A DNA stretch of 64,000 nucleotides from a virus. Positions 18,401 through 27,610 of this stretch are shown here, in pieces (positions within the stretch are counted from its first letter, which is position 1; every line of letters begins with the position of its first letter). Below the pieces are notes generated by a model. That model was not told where the DNA came from and made no database searches. It saw nothing but the letters and a program-made list of their open reading frames with translations. The translations under genes and the position numbers were made by a program. The stretch is taken from IMG/VR virus record IMGVR_UViG_3300005253_000193, positions 1 through 64,000 of that record; one strand, given 5' to 3'.

Positions 18401-18773
18401 GATGCCACCATAACGACATATAGCAGCTTGTCTGATTTCAGAAGAGCTGGGGGGAAAGAGGGAGAAATGGATGGAATCCCCCCACACAACTCCAGGTCGA
18501 GGAAGCATCACAACCCAGGAGTCGTTGTTGTTAGAAGGCATTGTACAAATCCTGGAATATCCTTGCCTCCGTGGAAGTGTCAAACACGCCGATGAAGGAG
18601 ACTATCCCCAGTTCAAGATTGACGCGAAGGAGACTGCCAGCGTAACGACATATGGCAGCCCTTCTGGTATTGTGGAAGAAAGGGAAAGGTGAGGCAGGAT
18701 CCATTGAACTATGTTTCCACACCTTACCAGGAGCAGGAATGATAACAACCCAAGTTTTATCAAGAGAGACCAT
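15497..18773 (-). CDS. tandem chain of 15 small paralogous genes (63-81 aa) ending YNAF/YNIF/YNDF: 18531-18773, 18299-18541, 18082-18309, 17853-18092, 17657-17863, 17458-17667, 17247-17468, 17030-17257, 16849-17040, 16638-16859, 16415-16648, 16216-16425, 16005-16226, 15770-16015, 15497-15703
   Basis: shared WVV.P.PG..W start and GxF...A..FR..YNAF* end; recurring TACAATGCCTTCT(AA/GA/AG) junction with 11-nt overlaps. Confidence 0.85.
15690..15755 (-). pseudogene. internally deleted YNAF-family remnant
   Basis: WVLVMSEMDDAVRFVRLHDAF*, with both terminal motifs adjacent. Confidence 0.5.
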
Positions 18774-19307
18774 TGAACCCCCGAAATCAAACAAACTACC
18801 AGATAAAGCCAAATCACCAGAGAAGTCAAGTAGTCCGTTTACTCCGTGCCACAACCAAAAGACAGCTATGTTAATGAGTCATTAACCATGTTTAAGAGAT
18901 AGAAGGATACGTCCAAGGATACATCAAAAACTTCATATGATGTAAAGACTCATAGAAAGGGTGATAGACCTGAGACGTAAAGCTCAGGGAAAAGCGGAGA
19001 CCAGCAGGACAGGGGGAGAGACCAGCCTGAAAGGGAAACCCGAAAGGCGTGAAAAGGGTTGTCCAGGAAGCCACAGGAAGCCAGAAAAGGGTTGTCCGGG
19101 AAGCCAGAAAAGGCGGCGTTCTTCCTCTTCCTCCCTGGCTTCTGGATGTTCTTCATCCTCATCTTTGTCATCATCGTCATCGTCTTTTTCCAAGGGTTTC
19201 CAAGGGTTTTGTGGTGATGTATGTTATTTGGTGGGGGATGATGAGGATGAGGAGGATTGATTGTATCAATCATCATCTTCATCTTCCTCGGGCCTACAGG
19301 ATTGACG

Positions 19308-19600
19308 TATCCTTGTCACGGATAGTTTATACCCACAGTGGGTGGGTGGGTGAAAAGTATCCTTGTCACGGATAGGGGGCACGCAAACTTCCAAACGCTG
19401 CCTGACGTTATCCGTGATAAGGATTGACTGACTCTACACCCACTGAGGGCTCGGAGAGACTATCAGTGTTGACCCAGAGTTGACAAGGCATGCCCCAGAG
19501 TTGACTATCCTTGTCATGGAAATGGTGACCCATTTTGTTATGACAGTATCAGGACCCACCATATATTGTTTTGTCCTCGGTGTTATCCGTGGTACGGACT
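19308..19600. repeat. cluster of TATCC-N7-GGATA-type repeats
   Basis: TATCCTTGTCACGGATA at 19308 and 19358; inverted copy at 19409; variants at 19506 and 19584. Confidence 0.75.
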
Positions 19601-20178
19601 TAACGACGGATTTGGTGGTGATAGTATCAAGGCATACCATATATTGATTTACGGGGTCTTATCAATTTTTGACTTGTGTTTTTTATGGATATGGTCTATA
19701 GTTTGGTTGGTTTTGAAAAAGGCCAAGGGACTTCACGCCAGTGATGTCTCCTTTCTCATCCCAACTAAAACTCAGTGCTGGTGCACGCAGGCTCTATCTC
19801 TGTCACGGACAGGCGATCGCTTTTTTTTACACTTCCTAGCTCTGTATATCATAGCCGGTCACGACTCACTATTCCTCATCGTAGTATTGTGTTTCGTTTT
19901 ATTCCCTGTCGATTTGAAACTTCCTGGCTCTGTATATCATCTGTCGTCTGGTCCGCCGGTTCCTCTTAGTGTTATGTTTCGTTTTACACATCCTCTTCTT
20001 CCCGGGGCTTTATCATCCTCATCTTCTTCCTGGTGGCTCACCGCCGGTTTGGAAGTATGTGAGGAACAACAAATATGCTTCATAGAACAAAGTCCTTGTT
20101 GCATCCTAAATAACCGTCAATGTAAACTTGTCGTACCGTGTGCATAGGGCATACGAAGGCAACCAAGGAGTAACGACG

Positions 20179-20682
20179 ATGACTAGCAAGCAAACCGCGA
20201 AGACCACCGCCACCACTTCCCCCACCGCCGTGTGGAACCAACTCAAGAAGTGGCCTGGCAAGACGGCGGGGCCAGCCCCCAGCAACGCACTCCTCGTCAA
20301 GTCCGTCGCCCTCGGCTACCGCGCCGGAGCCGCCAACGCGCTGGCGGTGGCGATGTACATGCGTCCTGCGGGCGCGACGCAGAACCAGATCGCGGCCGTT
20401 TGTGGTGGGCCGCAGCTCAACGTCTTCCGGACCATGGTGGCCACGGGCGCGGCCAAGATCGGGACGCGCGTGAAGGCCGCCAAGGAAACCCGGAACATCG
20501 ATGGCAAGAGCCACACCGTCTACAAGGTCGCCGTCACGGGTGGGACGCCCAAGCCCAAGAAGCAGGCGGCTACCAAGAAGCAGCCCGCCAAGAAGGCCCC
20601 GGCCAGGAAGCGGGCGGCCAGGAAGTCCGAGGCCGCAAAAGTGGTCGAGGCTCTGGAGTCCGGATCGGTTCCCGCCAGCTAA
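20179..20682 (+). CDS. basic DUF3489-like winged-helix-like protein with KA-rich tail
   Basis: AAGGAG SD; LGYRAGAANALAVAMYMRPAGATQ...GPQLNVFR. Confidence 0.75.
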   Translation: MTSKQTAKTTATTSPTAVWNQLKKWPGKTAGPAPSNALLVKSVALGYRAGAANALAVAMYMRPAGATQNQIAAVCGGPQLNVFRTMVATGAAKIGTRVKAAKETRNIDGKSHTVYKVAVTGGTPKPKKQAATKKQPAKKAPARKRAARKSEAAKVVEALESGSVPAS

Positions 20683-20701
20683 CCACCGACTGCGATAAAC
20701 T

Positions 20702-20731
20702 GAGGCGGGAGTAACATCCCGCCTCTTTTTT
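20702..20731 (+). terminator. intrinsic terminator
   Basis: GAGGCGGGA-GTAACA-TCCCGCCTC-TTTTTT. Confidence 0.8.
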
Positions 20732-20905
20732 GCCTGGACGTTGTTCCAGTTACTATTCATCTTCCTGGGTCTACAGGGATTTGAAACTTCCCAGCTCTGT
20801 ATATATCCATATGTCCTGGTGGGCGGCTTCTTCTTTTGGGTTTCGTCCTCCTCATCTTCTTCCGGGGTTGAGCGTTGGACAGCATATGAGGATTAAGACG
20901 ACTCT

Positions 20906-20975
20906 TTTTGCGGGTGCATCTTCCACACCCCCTGTTTAAAATAGTAGCATGTTTAATTACACGGCAAACAAGGGA
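20906..20975 (+). promoter_or_regulatory. repeated promoter/leader (copies at 21609-21677 and 22540-22600)
   Basis: TTTTG(C/T)GGGTGCATC...TA(G/A)CATG(T/C)TTAATTACACGGCAA upstream of the SD; third copy more diverged. Confidence 0.65.
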
Positions 20976-20984
20976 GTTGGAGCA

Positions 20985-21455
20985 ATGGCAAAAAAGAGAA
21001 CGTACCCTGTGGGCGTGGCCGATATAGAAGGCCACAGCTACACAGCCCGCTTTGACACGATGAAGGAGAAGCGGGAGTACCTGGAGTTGAAGGAGAAGCT
21101 GAACGCCGCCGGTTTTAAGTATGGCATGTGGTTTGCGAGTGAAGGATTTTGGCCCACCGCCGCCTGGAAATTGGTGGGTAGGCACTTCCTCCTCAGCTTG
21201 GCCAGTGCCACCATGATGAAGGATGCAGGGGGAAACCCGTGCCACGAAGACGCGTTTGGCGAACCGCGCCACCAAGGGGAATACAGCTACTTGTTCGTCT
21301 ACGTGGGGCCGTTTGACGAGGAGTGGGAGCTTGGGGAACCACCGCTTGTAGACGGAGACTTCCCCGAAAAGCATTGGCAGATGATTTTCAATAACGCGGT
21401 GGAAGCTGCGGACTTTGCCAACAGGTTTATACCGGCGGGCAAGCCACTCTTCTAA
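20985..21455 (+). CDS. hypothetical protein, paralogue of 22611-22973
   Basis: LNAAGFKY...GPFDEEWELGE...WQMIF vs LNSAGYSY...RPFNREWKFGD...WEISF. Confidence 0.7.
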   Translation: MAKKRTYPVGVADIEGHSYTARFDTMKEKREYLELKEKLNAAGFKYGMWFASEGFWPTAAWKLVGRHFLLSLASATMMKDAGGNPCHEDAFGEPRHQGEYSYLFVYVGPFDEEWELGEPPLVDGDFPEKHWQMIFNNAVEAADFANRFIPAGKPLF

Positions 21456-21687
21456 CCCACCGATTTCTGAAACTTCCGGGGTTAGTATAGGCCCCGGTTT
21501 TTTATCCTCCGGTTTTCTTGTTGTTCTTCTTCGCAGCGGGTCTGTGATGCCATCCTCTTCTTCCCAGGGGGCTGTCGTGGCCCTTGGAAGACTTTGTTCT
21601 TTGAAGGTTTTTGTGGGTGCATCACTTGGGCAACACGTTTACACTGGTAACATGCTTAATTACACGGCAACACGGGAGTTTCGAAAC

Positions 21688-21876
21688 ATGGCATACGTGA
21701 TTTGGAAGCGGCCCAACTGGTTCCTCCACAAAGGCACTTTTAAGGATGCTCGCCAAGTGCCGCAGAGCAGTGCGCGATGGACGAGGAAAGTGGAACACGC
21801 CCAAAGATTTGATGCCTACTGGGCTGCGGAGTGGGCTTGCAGGCATCTGGACTTCACGATTGTGAAGGAGGTGTAG
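21688..21876 (+). CDS. hypothetical protein
   Basis: GGGAG SD; follows the repeated promoter. Confidence 0.6.
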   Translation: MAYVIWKRPNWFLHKGTFKDARQVPQSSARWTRKVEHAQRFDAYWAAEWACRHLDFTIVKEV

Positions 21877-21880
21877 GACG

Positions 21881-22159
21881 ATGACCAACACGATTGTTGA
21901 AGTACCAACACCCCACTCGCTCTTCGAGACCCTAAGCCCAAACATGGTGGCGGAGTGCATACCCGGCGTACAGGGCGATCTATATCGTCTTCTTTGGGCG
22001 CTGGTACACAAGCACAAAAGAGAAGCGAGACCGGGAGCACCGGATTGCCTGGCCCGCTTCTGGAAACAGATTCCCAGAGAAAGCCAATGGGAGTTGAACA
22101 GCTTGGCCAGGAAGCATGAACTTTACCTTGCGGATTTGCTCCTACTTGTCCAAGAGTAG
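21881..22159 (+). CDS. hypothetical protein
   Basis: AGGAGG SD. Confidence 0.6.
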   Translation: MTNTIVEVPTPHSLFETLSPNMVAECIPGVQGDLYRLLWALVHKHKREARPGAPDCLARFWKQIPRESQWELNSLARKHELYLADLLLLVQE

Positions 22160-22178
22160 ACACAAAGGAGTTAGGACA

Positions 22179-22403
22179 ATGCGTACCATCATCATCATAC
22201 TGCTCACCTTCTACACCATCATACTTGCCACCACCGCCTGGATGCTCTGCTTCGAGGTCTTCATCCCGGCGTTTGGTGGGTGGATACCTTTCGGGATGAT
22301 CACCTTGGCGGTTCCTCTGACGGCCGTGCTTGCCGGGGGTTACGTGGCGCTGGAGGACCTGGAGTTTGAGGAGTGGTTGAGGACCCACCCTGAGTCCTCC
22401 TGA
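22179..22403 (+). CDS. small two-TM membrane protein
   Basis: AAGGAG SD; two hydrophobic segments. Confidence 0.6.
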   Translation: MRTIIIILLTFYTIILATTAWMLCFEVFIPAFGGWIPFGMITLAVPLTAVLAGGYVALEDLEFEEWLRTHPESS

Positions 22404-22610
22404 GCAGCCGGGGGAAGGACGGAGTTTAGCCGTGGGCTCCGTCCTTTCCTTTACAGGGCACAGTATCCTCTTCTTCCCGAGCCCTCAGACAGGAAGAGGC
22501 GCTCGGCGGACACGAAGATTAATGAACCAATGGCTTCTTCCTACAGGGTGTTTTACTATATTTACATGCTTGCTACACACCTGCACTCGGCAAACAAAGG
22601 AGTAGAAATT

Positions 22611-22973
22611 GTGGAACATTTAAAGGCGGAAAATGACTTCCAGGAAGCGAGGGAGTTTCTCAACAGCGCCGGGTATAGCTACATGGAAGATGCCGCAAAC
22701 CCGGAGATGAAATTCGAGGCGGCCTGGAAGGATCATCCTAACGGCCTGTTGGTGCAGCTAACGGATGGAACCAAGGAGGAACCATTTTACTACCCGGTGG
22801 GGTTAAGCCAACCCTGCCATGTAGTAATATACCAGCGGCCCTTTAACCGGGAATGGAAGTTTGGAGATACTCCCTACAACCCGGATGAGGATCCTGTGGA
22901 TGTTTCCTGGGAAATATCGTTCAAAGACATCTCCACGGCAGTAAGCTTCTTGGAAAGGTTCATCTCCAAGTAA
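22611..22973 (+). CDS. hypothetical protein, paralogue of 20985-21455
   Basis: AAGGAG SD, GTG start. Confidence 0.7.
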   Translation: MEHLKAENDFQEAREFLNSAGYSYMEDAANPEMKFEAAWKDHPNGLLVQLTDGTKEEPFYYPVGLSQPCHVVIYQRPFNREWKFGDTPYNPDEDPVDVSWEISFKDISTAVSFLERFISK

Positions 22974-23311
22974 AACCGGCCTACCAGTTCTGAAACTTCC
23001 CAGCTCTGTATAGGTCTGTCGCGTCCGTGTCCATAATTCCTCTCGCTCTTCATCTTCCCAGCTCTGTATGTTTTTGACACTTCCGGCATCCGTATATCCT
23101 CTTGCTCGCCGCGTCGTCCTCTTCTTCTCCCTGGCCGCCCGGCGGCCATGCACCACCGGGGAGAAGTGTACGCAAACCCCGTGCCAAACTGGCCCAAATT
23201 AAAATAACAATTTGTTGTTATTTTGTTTGCGTTTGGCAAAACGCCCATGGTAGGCTACTTATTACCAGCCGGGGCGCGGTTGCCCTGGCCCGCAACAAGG
23301 GGTACTTACCA

Positions 23312-23812
23312 ATGCCAAAGCAAACCACCAAAACCACCGCCGCCGCCGTTGCCAACAACAAAGCCGCCCGCAACTTGTGGCCCAAGTTGGCAAACTGGCC
23401 TAAAAACGCTGGCCCCGCGCCAACCTTGGCGCAGTTAAACCAAGCCGTTAACCTGGGCTACCGTGCGGGCGCGGCTAATTGTTTGGCGGTGGCAATGTAC
23501 TTGCGCCAGGGTGGCGCTAACCAAAAGGTACAGGTTAGCGCAGCCTGTAATGGCCCGCAGCTAAATGTTTGGCGTGCCATACGCGCCACCGGCAAAACAC
23601 GCAGCGGGGCAAACGTGTATAGTGCGCAGGCAAGCCACACCGTACAGGGCAAGCGCATTACCGCCTATATAGTGCGGGTTGCCAAACCCAAGGCCCCAAG
23701 CAAGCCGCGCAAGGCTGCCAAGGTTGCCAGTGCTGGCAAGCCCGGTGGTAGCCCGGCGGTAGCCCAGGGTGTTGCCCCCCCTGCCAACCCTGCCGCGCCC
23801 ACCACGGCTTAA
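23312..23812 (+). CDS. basic DUF3489-like protein with no Asp/Glu, inside a GA/TC-free island
   Basis: close paralogue of 20179-20682; SD is AAGGGG. Confidence 0.75.
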   Translation: MPKQTTKTTAAAVANNKAARNLWPKLANWPKNAGPAPTLAQLNQAVNLGYRAGAANCLAVAMYLRQGGANQKVQVSAACNGPQLNVWRAIRATGKTRSGANVYSAQASHTVQGKRITAYIVRVAKPKAPSKPRKAAKVASAGKPGGSPAVAQGVAPPANPAAPTTA

Positions 23813-24065
23813 CCTGGCGGCTTACAGCCACACCTATAACCACCCCCTGGGTACTGCCTGGGGGGCGGTTTAGTTGGGGCAACCCCCTCCCCCACCGGCA
23901 GGGGCACCCTCCTCTTGTATCAGGCGAGATTCCAGAGGGTCAACCCTGTCTCAAAAATACTGTCAGAAATCTCAGGGGATTTCTAGAGGGTGTATCGCGC
24001 GACCGTTTGTCCTTTATCGTCGCACTAATATCCCAACCGATATCTTTGCCCTTAGCAAGCACCAC

Positions 24066-26062
24066 TCAAAAAAGAGAGCAGTTGTACAGGAAACGTGCGG
24101 CTTCATCCTGGGTGGGGAAGGGTTTCCGCCCAATGGAAGAAAGGATTATACCACGGTCGGAGGGATACCACTTATCCCCTAATTTGGTTATGCTTCCCAA
24201 CAGTATGCTCGGTGGATCGGTGAATCCAAGGGCATTCCCTGACCACACCTCCAAAACGTAGATATTTGTAGTCCTCACAAAATGCCATTTCTTTAATATT
24301 GGGTCTGCGTACATCATCGGTTTTCTCAGAACTGTGAATATGCCTTGAGTATCTTCGCGCAATGTTATCTGGGATTAGGGTCCATAACATGATAGCTCCT
24401 CAAAACTTTGAGCTTAGCAGAAGATACATGGCGGCTTCATGCCGGGTTGGGAACTCTGGAGGATTGCGTACTGTTTTATGGGAGTCGACATCCTCCGTGA
24501 AAAGGACTGCCTTTGCTTCTGAATCATGTACTATGGCATAATATTTTAAGCCTTCGACCACTTCTATTATTGCGCCAGCCGAAGTTGGGAAATGTTGAAA
24601 GAGAGACTGTTCACTATCAAACACTGACCAACGCTGCATTTTCCTCTTTTGGATTGGATCATGGTGTTGAGATGATTCTATCAGCACATAGGGTCGGTCC
24701 TTGCCGGAAGCAATTGTGGCATCATCCGTTAAGGGACGGCTTACCCAAACTTCGTGTAGTTTAGAAGACATTTTGCGGCGATCTCCAATGTTTCCAGCTT
24801 TGGTGATATTTTCCAATTGTCCATTCCCTCGGGTTCTATCTTGAATTTATTTTCACAAGCATGTATAGATCCAAGAAAGATCATTGAATCAAAAGGAGCC
24901 GTTGTTGATGCTTGGAGGAGGGGTGCTGTTTGTCTGGCTGCGTTTGGGGCCGATGTGCACATTGCTCCGTCGGTGCTGCCCCAACTGAATGTTAGGTTAG
25001 AAGATGGTTGGCCGGGTCCGGGGGCAACATTTCCAGTTTGGGGCTGAGCCTGATTTTTGAGTTTGCTTTCTTGAACATGGGCTGTCCAGTGGTTGATGGC
25101 CTCTATCACTGCCGGATTTTCTTGATAGTTCGTTGAAGGAGCTTGCCTCGTCCCCGGTATATTGGGGGTAATTGTCACCCCGCAATCAAAAGTTTGCATG
25201 GCTGTTATTTCATTCTCTTGCACAGTAATTGCCCCCAATTAGAACTTATTCATGTTCAATATGAAGAAGTAAGCGTCCCCTAAGTTGTCAAAGACATATA
25301 ATCTACCATCCCATGGGATGATGTTGAAGTATAGCGTGGCCAAAAACACGTCACCGTCCTTTTTAATCCTTCCTATGTCTGTCAAAAGAAGGACATGATC
25401 TTTCCCTCTAATGAATATTGTTACAGTCCAGAACTTTTCTTCGGAGTCAGCATTGAAATATGTGCTTTCCAATTGTTCGCGTTTTGCTGATGTAGTCATG
25501 ATTAATCTCCCAATTAGAACTTGTCTTCAATTTCTTGATAGTTCTCCGGGACCTTGATAACATGCACTTCTCTTATCAAGTAGTTTGATAGCCAGAAAGT
25601 ATCTTTTGTGGGACTGGATTGTCTTGGTGGGATAATCAACAGGAGTTTGTGAACTTTTTGTTTTCTGAGGTGTCCTTCAGGGTAGTTCCAGATTCCGGTC
25701 TTGCAAGTTCTTATTTCGCAGACCTGGGTAATGAGGCCTTTAAGCATTGAAAGTTCTTTCTCATAGATTTTTTTCTCTGGGTGTTGGCTAACGAATGCTC
25801 TTTCCAAGAGTCGTTGTATGTAGATCGTTGTGTCTCTGAATATCTCAAGATCGATTGTGTAGTCTATTCCGGTGCTTTCAAGGAGCTCGGCTGCTTTGAG
25901 TTCTGCTGCCTCTAGAAAGTCAGAAAACTCTTTTCCGTATCCACAACGAATAAAGTTCATGGGTTTGATTATTTTAACGTGATCCCCTACTTCTATAAGA
26001 CTTGGGTGCTGTGCGCCTTGGATATCGCCGTCGGAAACTTTTTTTGAACTTTCTCTTGACAT
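24066..26062 (-). CDS. five hypothetical genes (24066-24362, 24400-24816, 24741-25238, 25239-25499, 25514-26062)
   Basis: contiguous minus-strand ORFs; several end F...(D/E)A..(F/Y)...F*. Confidence 0.55.
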
Positions 26063-26084
26063 GGTACTAGTGATTGGTTATAAC
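26056..26084 (+). promoter_or_regulatory. near-consensus sigma70 promoter
   Basis: TTGACA-N17-TATAAC. Confidence 0.7.
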
Positions 26085-26090
26085 ATCAAT

Positions 26091-26212
26091 TCACCGGCGC
26101 GCACAGGAAGAGCCAAACGAGCAGTAGGGTAGCCTTAGCGGGCGAGACTTCCTCAGGTTGAAGGGCCAGCAACGCTCAACTCCGCCCCCCGAGTTCTGCT
26201 GGCCCTTCTTAA
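26091..26212 (+). ncRNA. candidate ~120-nt small RNA
   Basis: follows the promoter, has no ORF, ends in the GAAGGGCCAGCA...TGCTGGCCCTTC hairpin. Confidence 0.45.
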
Positions 26213-26398
26213 TCCCCAATGGTTATCTCCTTCTCCTCAGTTGATATTTGTAGCCCTTGTGTTTAACATATGATAGGACCTGTCGTAGTGTCCAGTCTTG
26301 TCGTTGCATCCATTGTAGTATGGGGGCACATCTTACGATGTATTCTCCCCTAAAGACGATTCCTGCAACGTAGTGAGGGGCTTTAATGCGTAGCAGCA

Positions 26399-26815
26399 TT
26401 ATCTTCTCAGTTCATCCCTTACCTGCATGAGCAGTTTACCAAGATGATTCTCACCTTCGCCTTGGCAGACGCCCCAAAAAGTGTCGCCCCAGTGATTGCC
26501 CTCGATCAGTTCTTGGTTTTCAGTGGCCAGTAGCAAATCCCTTAACTTTGGAAATTGAAATTTTTGTCTGAGTAGATTGAGCATGATGCGTAGTTTGGTC
26601 CCCTCCCAATCAGGTCGCAGTGTAACTCCCCGACCCAATCGTTTAGCCCTTCCTGGACCTGCTGCCCGTTGGATGCGGAGTCGTTCCGTTTTATCCAGAG
26701 TTTTTGCTGCTTGGTATGCGTGTTCGACCGTTGGATAGGTAATCCCGCCCAATTTGACGTGTGATACGCTAAAATTGGAAAGGAATCTGTGTTTGTCGTT
26801 GAAGCTATCGATCAT
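26399..26815 (-). CDS. NADAR (YbiA-like) family protein
   Basis: FLSNF...YPTVEHAYQAAK...EGNHWGDTFWG...GENHLGKLLM. Confidence 0.92.
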   Translation of the reverse strand: MIDSFNDKHRFLSNFSVSHVKLGGITYPTVEHAYQAAKTLDKTERLRIQRAAGPGRAKRLGRGVTLRPDWEGTKLRIMLNLLRQKFQFPKLRDLLLATENQELIEGNHWGDTFWGVCQGEGENHLGKLLMQVRDELRR

Positions 26816-26832
26816 AATGTATCCTTTTTAAT

Positions 26833-26911
26833 TGGTTGGCCCGGTGGGATTCGAACCCACGACCCCAAGATTAAAAGTCTCGTGCTCTTTATCCAACTGA
26901 GCTACGGGCCA
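26833..26911 (-). tRNA. tRNA-Lys(UUU)
   Basis: cloverleaf, CT-TTT-AA loop, GTTCGAATC, encoded CCA. Confidence 0.9.
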
Positions 26912-26984
26912 TAGGAGGGTTTACATATCATATAGCAGTATATATAGTCCACACCCATCCACAACAGATTTTTTGATAGTGTAT

Positions 26985-27060
26985 GCCGGATTAGCTCAGG
27001 GGTAGAGCGGGGTCCTTGTAAGGCCCAAGTCGCAGGTTCGAATCCGTGCATCCGGCACCA
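26985..27060 (+). tRNA. tRNA-Thr(UGU)
   Basis: GCCGGAT/ATCCGGC acceptor, CT-TGT-AA loop, CCA; bulged T stem. Confidence 0.88.
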
Positions 27061-27277
27061 ACCCTTCTACGGCGGAGAATGCAACATGACTTCCAAACCA
27101 TCCAGGTCATCTCCTGCAACCAACCATACGGAGAGCATCATGTACCGGCGGGCTACAGTGTTGTGGCTAATCGCTATATCAATGCTGGTCACTGCTTGTC
27201 TCATCGTGCTCAAGGCATATTTGGAGTTTTTACCATAACCTTTGAGGGGGCAGATTCGAGTCCTTCCCCCACCACCA

Positions 27278-27354
27278 TTGGGAGTGGCGCAGCCTGGTAG
27301 CGCAATTGCTTTGGGAGCAATAGGTCGCTGGTTCGAATCCAGTCTCCCCGACCA
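27278..27354 (+). tRNA. tRNA-Pro(UGG)
   Basis: ATTGC-TT-TGG-GA-GCAAT, GGTTCGAATCC, CCA. Confidence 0.88.
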
Positions 27355-27424
27355 GTTTGAAGGAGATAGGCCATGACACGATAGTCACAATATTGGATTG
27401 TGACGGTTCCGAAAGGAGACTGTC

Positions 27425-27610
27425 ATGGCTACCGAAGTCAGAAAGAAAGGCAAGAGTGGAAACAAGAAGCACGGACGTAACAAGAGAGCTTGTGAAGCCT
27501 ATCACGCTCGAGGACAGAGAGAAAAGAACAAGATCCTCAAGATCAAGCGCCATCTCAAGAAGTATCCCACGGATGTTGCTGCCGCTGCTAAACTGAAATC
27601 CCTCAAGTGA
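27425..27610 (+). CDS. small basic protein
   Basis: AGGAG SD; K/R-rich; hairpin at 27618-27642 follows. Confidence 0.6.
   Translation: MATEVRKKGKSGNKKHGRNKRACEAYHARGQREKNKILKIKRHLKKYPTDVAAAAKLKSLK

Noticed and set aside
15497-18773. Integron cassette array or DGR
   Set aside because: No attC-like palindromes, integrase or reverse transcriptase in the window, and variation is not adenine-specific
18892-20147. ORFs with poly-D/E, poly-S or poly-H tracts
   Set aside because: Translations of low-complexity TCATC/TCTTC repeats with no SD support
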